Shown one piece after another: positions 57,579 to 64,000 of a DNA stretch of 64,000 bases. The DNA is taken from the NCBI GenBank assembly GCA_035458525.1, contig DATHZQ010000007.1, forward strand, positions 4,768 through 68,767, given 5' to 3'. The position numbers were made by a program, and so were the translations under genes. Every line of letters begins with the position of its first letter. Position 1 is the stretch's first letter. The notes below the pieces were generated by a model that was not told where the DNA came from, made no database searches, and saw only the letters and a program-made list of their open reading frames with translations. The stretch comes from Acidimicrobiia bacterium. GTDB taxonomy: Bacteria > Actinomycetota > Acidimicrobiia > Spongiisociales > UBA5794.

Positions 57579-58603
57579 GGAGAAGAACGATGCAAACGAT
57601 GCGCGACACCATGAGCGGCTATGTGCGAACCGCCTACGGCTTGCCACATGAGAACCTCGAGCTGGCCGAGCTCGAGATCCCGCCCGTTGACGCGGGCCAG
57701 GTGCTCATCGCCGTGCGGGCGACGTCGGTGAACGCAGCCGACTGGCACATGCTCACCGGCACCCCATATCTGCTGCGGCTCGACCAGGGTCTGCGGCGGC
57801 CCAAGCATCCTCCGTTCGGGCTCGACGTCGCCGGCACCGTCGTCACCGTTGGAGCCGACGTCACGAACCTCGAGGTCGGTGATGAGGTGTTCGGGGAGGT
57901 GAACGGCTCGTACGCCGAGTATGCGATTGCGCGGGCGCGCAACGTGGTCCGCAAGCCGCGCAACGTGACGTTCGAGCAGGCGGCGGCGGTGCCCGTTGCT
58001 GGGCTGACCGCGCTGCAGGGGCTGCGAGATCATGGAAGGCTCGAGCCGGGGCAACACGTGCTCATCAACGGTGCGTCGGGTGGCGTCGGCACGTTCGCCG
58101 TCCAGATCGCCAAAGCGCTGGGCGCTGAGGTGACGGCGGTCGTGAGTACCGGGAATGCCGCAACCGCCACATCGCTTGGTGCGGACGACGTGGTCGACTA
58201 CACCCAGGCAGATTTCGCCGACACGGCGCAGCGGTACGACCTGATCCTCGACAACGTCGGCAACCGGCCACTGGCGACCATGCGGCGCCTCCTCACCGAC
58301 AGTGGCACGTACGTCATGGTCAGCGGGCCGAAGGGTCGCTGGCTGGGCCCGGTGCCGCGGATGCTGCGGGGAATGGTGACGTTCCTGCTGTCGAAGCGCA
58401 CGTTCGGTTGGTTCGTGGCAAGGGCAGATCGAGATGACTTGGTCTTCCTCGGCGAGCTGCTCGAGACAGGTCAGGTGACGCCGGTCATCGAGAGGACCTA
58501 TCCGTTTGCGGAGCTGCCTGCGGCGCTCGCCCACCTCGGCGAGGGCCACTCCCGCGGCAAGTCCGTCGTCAGCTTCGCTGCGCCAATCGACGAGGAGGTC
58601 TGA
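57575..58603 (+). CDS. MDR-family NAD(P)-dependent oxidoreductase (paralogue of 51751..52719)
   Basis: VLINGASGGVGTFAVQIAK. Colinear with the other MDR gene through the C-terminal HSRGK box. Alternative starts at 57590/57608. Confidence 0.9.
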   Translation: MRRRTMQTMRDTMSGYVRTAYGLPHENLELAELEIPPVDAGQVLIAVRATSVNAADWHMLTGTPYLLRLDQGLRRPKHPPFGLDVAGTVVTVGADVTNLEVGDEVFGEVNGSYAEYAIARARNVVRKPRNVTFEQAAAVPVAGLTALQGLRDHGRLEPGQHVLINGASGGVGTFAVQIAKALGAEVTAVVSTGNAATATSLGADDVVDYTQADFADTAQRYDLILDNVGNRPLATMRRLLTDSGTYVMVSGPKGRWLGPVPRMLRGMVTFLLSKRTFGWFVARADRDDLVFLGELLETGQVTPVIERTYPFAELPAALAHLGEGHSRGKSVVSFAAPIDEEV

Positions 58604-58604
58604 C

Positions 58605-58976
58605 GTGCCGGTTCCGAAGTGGGTCGCCGGGATCAACAAGCGATTCTTCAACAAACTCGAGCTGAAGCGAGGGGTCCGGCCCGTGCTCACGCACGTGGGA
58701 CGTACGTCGGGCGAGGTGTTTCACACGCCGCTCGACGCCCACCCCGTCGACGGCGGCTTCATCTTCATCTGCATGTACGGCCCCGATTCGGACTGGGTGA
58801 AGAACATTCTCGCCTCAGGAACGGCGCACCTCACCGTCGAGGATCAAGAGCTCGACCTGGATTCTCCGCGACTCATGACCATGGACGAGGCGCTGGAGCA
58901 GTTGCCCGACAGCGTCAAAATGCCGCCGTCATGGCTGAACGTCTCGGACTTCCTCCGAATGAGCGTCGCGGCCTGA
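58605..58976 (+). CDS. nitroreductase-family deazaflavin-dependent oxidoreductase (DUF385/DDN-like)
   Basis: VLTHVGRTSGEVFHTPL and DSDWVKNILASG. GTG 58605 is preceded by GAGGAGG. Confidence 0.72.
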   Translation: MPVPKWVAGINKRFFNKLELKRGVRPVLTHVGRTSGEVFHTPLDAHPVDGGFIFICMYGPDSDWVKNILASGTAHLTVEDQELDLDSPRLMTMDEALEQLPDSVKMPPSWLNVSDFLRMSVAA

Positions 58977-58994
58977 TCGAGCGGGCGAGGCGCG

Positions 58995-60503
58995 TCAGGG
59001 GCTGAATCGTGCTGCTTCCTCGGCGAGGAAGGCGGTCACGTCGTCGTAGCGGAACTGCGCATCCTCTGCTGAGTTGCCGACGCAGGTGACCCCGAGGAAG
59101 CCGTGCGTGGGCATCGCCGAGAGCATGTGGAACACCGGTCCGACGAGTCGCACCTCGTCGAAGTGTTTGTCGTGGAGCAACGCCAACTCGATGAGGTCTT
59201 GGGGTGTCAGTGCTTCGAGCCCATCCACGGAGACGTGGTCGGCTGCTACGTAGTGCTTCTCCGTGCCATCCGGTGCGACGAAGACCGCGCCCTCGTCGTC
59301 GTAGATACCGTCGGTGAGGAATTGCAGCGTGAGGAACGGGTGCGTCGTGCCACCCTTGCGGAGGTTGAGCTCGATGGCGTAGTCATCCCAGCCTCCGTCG
59401 GGTCGCTGCACGACGATGTAGTCGATGGCGAAGCGCCCGATCACGCCACGTTCTGCGAGATGGATGCCGACTTTTTCCGCGCTCGCCGAGATCTGTCTGG
59501 CGTAGGCCGGGTCGGCCGGGAAACGCGATCCCATGAACACCTGTCCGCTCGGGCCGCCCAGGATCTGGTCGTGGGTGGACAGCAGCTCGACATTGCCGAG
59601 TGGTGTGATCCGCAGTTGCACCGATGGACTGGCCGTGATGGTGCCCTCGATCATCTCCTCGACGATGCCACCCTCACGTTCGAGCGTGGCGAGGTAACCG
59701 TCGAGGCCCCCAGCGTGGGGGTCGATCGGGAGCCGGTCGAGGAGGCGGTCGATGTCCTTGAGTGCCGCATCCGGTGGTAGGGGGGCAAGATCGATGACGG
59801 CGTTGCCGTATCCCGACACGCCCTCGTTGTGCTTCAGCACCGCACGCCGCAGACCCGGCACGGCGCCACGGAGCGCTCGCAGCGCTTTGACGACGTCGTG
59901 GCGCCTGTGGAGGTCCTCGAATCCGTGCGGATGGGGCACGCCCGCTTCGGCGAAGAGGCGCCGGCCTTCGGTCTTCGTGCCGTACTCGGCGTGGGCGGGG
60001 TCGGCGCCGTACATGGGGATGCCGAGTTGCATCGCAAGCTCGCGGTCGTCCAACGTCGTCATGAACGGCACCAGATGGGCCCGGTCGCGATCCGGTATCA
60101 GCCGACGGATTCGCTCGATGAGCCGGGGGCGGTCGAGCAGTTTGCGCGATAGGGGCCGGAAGCGCGCCTCCATGGGGGACACGAGGAACAGCCGCTTGCG
60201 TGCGTTGGACTGGATGACTCCCGGCAACAAATCCAAGTAGTAGTCGACGATGTCAGGGTGGATTGGTTGTCCTGTGACGTAGATCATCCGGGCGCGGGGC
60301 TGTCGCAACAGGAACAGCAGGAAGAGAAACCGTTCCTCGTACGCCTGTAGCTCGCTGGCCGACAGCTCGACGTTCACGTCTGCGGAGGGCACCACCACGA
60401 TCGTTTGCTCATCCGTGTTGAGATGATCGATCGACGACCACAGTGGGACCAGCTTGGCCTGCAGTGCGTCGTACGCAGCCTGGTCGTGGGGATCAATTGC
60501 CAT
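58995..60503 (-). CDS. ATP-grasp-type protein, peptide ligase PGM1-related (recollection-based)
   Basis: About 500 aa. Contains QTIVVVPSADV, RMIYVTGQPIHPDIVDYYL, AVLKHNEGVSGYGNAV, ELNLRKGGTTHPF. Confidence 0.6.
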   Translation of the reverse strand: MAIDPHDQAAYDALQAKLVPLWSSIDHLNTDEQTIVVVPSADVNVELSASELQAYEERFLFLLFLLRQPRARMIYVTGQPIHPDIVDYYLDLLPGVIQSNARKRLFLVSPMEARFRPLSRKLLDRPRLIERIRRLIPDRDRAHLVPFMTTLDDRELAMQLGIPMYGADPAHAEYGTKTEGRRLFAEAGVPHPHGFEDLHRRHDVVKALRALRGAVPGLRRAVLKHNEGVSGYGNAVIDLAPLPPDAALKDIDRLLDRLPIDPHAGGLDGYLATLEREGGIVEEMIEGTITASPSVQLRITPLGNVELLSTHDQILGGPSGQVFMGSRFPADPAYARQISASAEKVGIHLAERGVIGRFAIDYIVVQRPDGGWDDYAIELNLRKGGTTHPFLTLQFLTDGIYDDEGAVFVAPDGTEKHYVAADHVSVDGLEALTPQDLIELALLHDKHFDEVRLVGPVFHMLSAMPTHGFLGVTCVGNSAEDAQFRYDDVTAFLAEEAARFSP

Positions 60504-60554
60504 CGACGCGCAGGCTACGCCCTTCAGAACCCCTGCGCGGCGGATCGCGAGTGA

Positions 60555-60833
60555 TCAGGCGGCGTTCTTGACACCCCGGTAGGCATCGATCGCAAATGCC
60601 GTGTTCATCACGAGCACGGAGGCGAACATCAGCCAGTACAGGCCCGGTTCGCTGTCCCGGATGCCGAACTCGACAATCGTGAGGCCGACCGCTCCTGCGA
60701 GCCACAGAAAGCCGAGGGGGTTGCGCTGCCCCGAGACCAGGTAGCCGACGCCGGGCAAGAAGAAATTGAGAATTGCAGCACAATGGGTCCTTTCGTCGTC
60801 CGCCGAGGGTGCGGTCGTGGACAGATTCCGCAT
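60555..60833 (-). CDS. small membrane protein (92 aa)
   Basis: AAILNFFLPGVGYLVSG and two further hydrophobic helices. The only canonical start is ATG 60833. Confidence 0.45.
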   Translation of the reverse strand: MRNLSTTAPSADDERTHCAAILNFFLPGVGYLVSGQRNPLGFLWLAGAVGLTIVEFGIRDSEPGLYWLMFASVLVMNTAFAIDAYRGVKNAA

Positions 60834-60869
60834 ATGACGTCCGGAATCTCTTCGCATTCGTCCGATTCG

Positions 60870-61763
60870 ATGGGCCAAGTGCTGGCGACGCTCCGCGTCG
60901 AGGGTGCCGTGCTCTCGATTGCACACGTGGAGGCGCCCTTCGCCGTCACGAGCGGTCGTCCGGGCACCGGCGTGTTCCACGCCGTATTGCGAGGTGAGGC
61001 GTGGGCCGCAACCGCAAGCGGGCCCGCGGTGAGGCTCGAGCCGGGGCGCGTGGCCGTCCTTCCTTCCGGAGCCGAGCATGTGATCTCGAGCGCCGTCGAG
61101 CCCGACGTGAAGCCGGTTCCGGTCACCGTCGACGACGCAGGTGCTCTGCCTGCGATGCGAGTCGCCAACGGAGGCGCGCTGACCGAGGTGCTCTGTGGAA
61201 CGATCACGTTCGAGGAGTCGCCGGCGATGTCCATCACAGCCGCCTTGCCCGAGATGGTCGTCACCGGAAGCGACACCTCGGCGGGCTGGGTGCAGTCGAC
61301 CGTGGCCCTGGTGGCCGATGAGCTCGGCCAGGCGCTTTCGGCATCCGAGGTGGTCGCCGCCCGTCTCGCCGACGTCCTCGTGGTACGAGCGCTGCGGGAG
61401 ATGGTGTGGGACGGAGTCGGGCACGGTTGGGCGGCCGGCGTGCGCGATCCGGCCATCGGGCGATCGCTGGCGCTCATTCACGGGGACCCGGCCGGCGTCG
61501 GATCGGTCGCCGACCTGGCGCGTGCCGCCTCGATGTCGCGGTCGTTGTTCTACGAGCGCTTCTCCAGGGTCGTGGGCGTCTCTTCAGGCGAGTACGCGGC
61601 ACGCTGGCGGATTCACGTTGCCTGCGGTCTGTTGCGCAAGACGAGCCAACCCGTGTCCTCGATCGCTCGCGGCGTCGGGTTCCGTGCTGAAGCCGGGTTC
61701 AGCACTGCGTTCAAGCGCCTGGTCGGTGTGCCGCCGAGCGCGTACCGCCGCCAGGTCCGCTGA
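60870..61763 (+). CDS. AraC family transcriptional regulator (cupin-like N-domain + HTH)
   Basis: N-terminus GQVLATLRVEGAVLSIAHVEAPF. C-terminus ARAASMSRSLFYERFSRVVGVSSGEYAARWR...GFRAEAGFSTAFKRLVGVPPSAYR. Alternative starts at 60783/60834. Confidence 0.85.
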   Translation: MGQVLATLRVEGAVLSIAHVEAPFAVTSGRPGTGVFHAVLRGEAWAATASGPAVRLEPGRVAVLPSGAEHVISSAVEPDVKPVPVTVDDAGALPAMRVANGGALTEVLCGTITFEESPAMSITAALPEMVVTGSDTSAGWVQSTVALVADELGQALSASEVVAARLADVLVVRALREMVWDGVGHGWAAGVRDPAIGRSLALIHGDPAGVGSVADLARAASMSRSLFYERFSRVVGVSSGEYAARWRIHVACGLLRKTSQPVSSIARGVGFRAEAGFSTAFKRLVGVPPSAYRRQVR

Positions 61764-61793
61764 GCTGCGCGGCTCCTGTCCTACGATCGGCGA

Positions 61794-62477
61794 GTGTCGG
61801 AGCCTCACATTGGAACGCTGCGGGAGAAGCCGCTGCATGCAGCGCTCAAGCGGTGGTATGCCCGCGACGGCGACCTGGTCGAGCAGCCCGTCGACCGGTT
61901 CGTCATCGATCTCGTGCGGGACGATCTGCTGATCGAGGTGCAGACCAGAGGCTTCTCCTCGATGAAGCGCAAGGTCGTGGCGCTCCTCGAACTCGGCCAT
62001 CGGCTCCGAATCGTTCATCCGATCGCGGTGGATCGCTGGATCGTGAAGATCGACGACAACGGCGAAGTGCTGAGCCGGCGGCGCTCGCCGCGGCACGGCA
62101 CCGCGATCGATGTGTTCGGCGAGCTGGTGAGCTTCCCCGGGCTCATGGCCACCAACCGGCTCGAAGTCCACGTGGTGCTGACGGCAGAAGAAGAGCTGCG
62201 TCGGCACACGCCGGGGCGCTCGTGGCGACGCAAAGGCTGGTCGGTCGTCGAGCGGCGGCTCGTCGAAGTGCGCGCCGCCCAGCTCCTGCGAACCGTCGAC
62301 GATCTCGCCGCGTTGTTGCCGGAAGGTCTGCCCGGGACCTTCACCACCGCCGACCTCGCGGAGCAGCTGGCGCAGCCGCGTCGCAGCGCCCAGCAGATGG
62401 CCTACTGCCTGCGCCACGTCGGCGCCATCCACGCCGTCGGCAAGCGGGGCCATGCCGTCGAGTACCGGGCCGGTTAG
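61794..62477 (+). CDS. hypothetical protein with PD-(D/E)xK-nuclease-like N-domain and wHTH-like C-terminus
   Basis: GTLREKPLHAALKRWY...VDRFVIDLVRDDLLIEVQTRGF (E...D...E-x-Q arrangement). C-terminus FTTADLAEQLAQPRRSAQQMAYCLRHVG. Confidence 0.5.
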   Translation: MSEPHIGTLREKPLHAALKRWYARDGDLVEQPVDRFVIDLVRDDLLIEVQTRGFSSMKRKVVALLELGHRLRIVHPIAVDRWIVKIDDNGEVLSRRRSPRHGTAIDVFGELVSFPGLMATNRLEVHVVLTAEEELRRHTPGRSWRRKGWSVVERRLVEVRAAQLLRTVDDLAALLPEGLPGTFTTADLAEQLAQPRRSAQQMAYCLRHVGAIHAVGKRGHAVEYRAG

Positions 62478-62549
62478 CCGCGAGCTCGGACCACCTTCCC
62501 CCTGGTGCGGCCGGCTCGCATCGGGTACGACAGGGCAAGGAGGTGCGCA

Positions 62550-62984
62550 ATGGGGATCTTCTGGGGCGTCGTGCTCGTGATCCTCGGTCTCATCGGCTGG
62601 GGCGGTCAGCTGCTCAGCTGGCTGCGCCCGGCGACGGCGGTGCGGCTGGGGGTCATGGAGGCGGAGGAGGATGTCGAGCCTGTGTTCTGGGTCGACATCC
62701 GAGCCGAAGCGGCCTGGGATTCGCTCGTCCTGTGGACCCTGCCAGTGGCCGGTGCCCTGCTGTTGCTGGACGAGCCCGCGTGGGCCTACTTCGGTCTGGT
62801 CGGAGGCGGGATGTATCTGTATTTCGCAGGTCGCGGAATCTTCGCCAGGCGAACGATGCAACGGCGCGGCATGAGGATCGGAGATGAACAGAGCGTGCCG
62901 ATGAACGTCGGTTTCCTCGCGCTGTGGGGTGCCGTGGCGGCAGTCACGATCGTGGCGGCGCTGGTTGCGCTGCCGGTGCCATGA
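62550..62984 (+). CDS. hypothetical membrane protein
   Basis: Four hydrophobic helices. ATG 62550 is preceded by AAGGAGG. Confidence 0.5.
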   Translation: MGIFWGVVLVILGLIGWGGQLLSWLRPATAVRLGVMEAEEDVEPVFWVDIRAEAAWDSLVLWTLPVAGALLLLDEPAWAYFGLVGGGMYLYFAGRGIFARRTMQRRGMRIGDEQSVPMNVGFLALWGAVAAVTIVAALVALPVP

Positions 62985-63021
62985 GGGCCGATCACGCCGA
63001 GCCCGACTGAAGGAGGCGGAT

Positions 63022-63462
63022 ATGGACGTCACCGCAATGACCTGGGTCGTTGCCGTTCTGGGGCTGCTGATCATCGGATTGCTCGGCGCTCTGCAGCTGG
63101 TCGCCGTGCTGCGGCCTCGGGCTGAGTGGACCATCGGGAACGTCTACGGCGGCAGCCCGGAAGGAACCGACCCGAAGGCCTACTTCGCCTTCAACCAAGG
63201 ATGGGCCTGGGCGGACGTGTGCTTCTGGGCGCCGCTGCAGATCGCCGCCAGCGTCGGCATGCTCCTGGGGGAGCGGTGGGGTTTCCTGCTTGCGCTCGCG
63301 GCGTCCGTGCCGTTCTGGTACACGGCGGTCGTGTTCTTCATCTGGGACCGCGACCTCGGGTTTCGCCAGAACACGGCGTACTACTGGATCGTCGTCTGGG
63401 GCATGTTCCCCGTCTACGGGATCCTCGAAGGGGTGTACGCCTTCGTCCGGCTTCTGGAGTGA
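63022..63462 (+). CDS. hypothetical membrane protein
   Basis: Four hydrophobic helices, Trp/Phe-rich. ATG 63022 is preceded by GAAGGAGG. Confidence 0.5.
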   Translation: MDVTAMTWVVAVLGLLIIGLLGALQLVAVLRPRAEWTIGNVYGGSPEGTDPKAYFAFNQGWAWADVCFWAPLQIAASVGMLLGERWGFLLALAASVPFWYTAVVFFIWDRDLGFRQNTAYYWIVVWGMFPVYGILEGVYAFVRLLE

Positions 63463-63603
63463 CGGCGCGGCGGAGGCCTCGACGGGTCGGGCAGTCCGGC
63501 TCTGGCTCGACGATGTGCGGCGGCGACGATGGGGAGATGACCAACGACCCTCACCTGCCACCCGTTGCACCCCTTTGCGCTCGATGTCGACGTTCTCGAT
63601 CGC

Positions 63604-64000
63604 ATGCTGAACTTCGAGATCGCCGACGATCCTCACTACGCGGGATTCGAGTTTCAGGGCTTCTCGGACCCCGAGCACGGCGACGGCATCCTGGTGTTCC
63701 TCAACCGGCGCCGTGACGGCAAGATCGACCTCTACCTGGAGCGCGGGCTGCGAATAGACCCAGGCAACTACACCGTCGGCAACGGCATCGGCGAGTGGGT
63801 TGAAACCGACTTCGAGGTTGCCGCGCTCGACGTGAGCGACCGAGGCGTGACGGCGCAGGTGCGGTTCACCGACCTCGCCGGGCGGGCGGTCGAGGTGTCT
63901 GCCGGCGACGAGACTCGCGGCTGGAGCCCGCAAGGGTTGCCGCCGCTGATGACCATGGTGACTCGAGTCGCTTCGGTGTTCCGTACCTGGCCGACGACCT
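63604..64000 (+). CDS. hypothetical protein, 3' end cut by window edge; start uncertain
   Basis: Frame 63541.. is open to the window end, with GC3-rich protein-like translation MLNFEIADDPHYAGFEFQGFSDPEHGDGILVFLNRRRDGKIDLY. It is absent from the ORF track because no stop lies in the window. Confidence 0.4.
   Translation, partial: MLNFEIADDPHYAGFEFQGFSDPEHGDGILVFLNRRRDGKIDLYLERGLRIDPGNYTVGNGIGEWVETDFEVAALDVSDRGVTAQVRFTDLAGRAVEVSAGDETRGWSPQGLPPLMTMVTRVASVFRTWPTT

Noticed and set aside
61584-63134. 516-aa minus-strand ORF spanning the AraC 3' end, the nuclease-like gene and a membrane-protein gene
   Set aside because: It crosses three plus-strand genes that have good RBSs. Its Arg/Pro/Gly-rich translation carries no motifs.

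Overview
High-GC (roughly two-thirds G+C) actinobacterial-type chromosomal segment. It is densely coding (about 70 genes). By eye I found no rRNA, tRNA, CRISPR array, transposase or integrase. All family calls come from motif recognition in the supplied translations; no database search was possible.

Layout:
- 0-11.5 kb: pirin, a trypsin-fold/TIR fusion gene, central-carbon genes (glpD, phosphosugar mutase, fbaB, ATP-type pckA), and a 1,044-aa DivIVA-domain coiled-coil protein with in-register 120-bp tandem repeats.
- 11.5-33.2 kb: a myo-inositol catabolism island. It holds iolB, iolC plus a LacD/DUF2090-like aldolase, iolD, iolE, iolG, extra Gfo/Idh/MocA and 2-hydroxyacid dehydrogenases, an SMP-30 lactonase, SDRs and a sugar ABC transporter. 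A LacI-family regulator sits in the island, and five intergenic copies of a CG-centred palindrome (core TGGAACGTTCCA) are present.
- 33.7-38.6 kb: sat-cysC fusion plus cysQ (PAPS synthesis), then glgP.
- 38.6-64 kb: mixed accessory genes. These include a second TIR-like protein, a membrane class III cyclase, a MerB-like gene, a sigma-70 factor, three DDN-type (F420-family) paralogues, two MDR oxidoreductase paralogues flanking a 1,498-aa polytopic membrane protein, a PGM1-like ATP-grasp protein, an AraC regulator and a PD-(D/E)xK-like protein.

Most interesting observations:
- The self-contained trypsin-fold/TIR gene (877-2082).
- The MerB-like gene, whose in-frame TGA sits where the second catalytic Cys is expected and is followed by a GGUC-loop hairpin at SECIS-like spacing.
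- The operator motif that defines a regulon.
- The giant membrane protein.

Three genes are visibly disrupted: an amber codon at a conserved Trp, an 8-bp tandem duplication causing a frameshift, and the TGA above. Assembly error or gene decay therefore has to be weighed against recoding.
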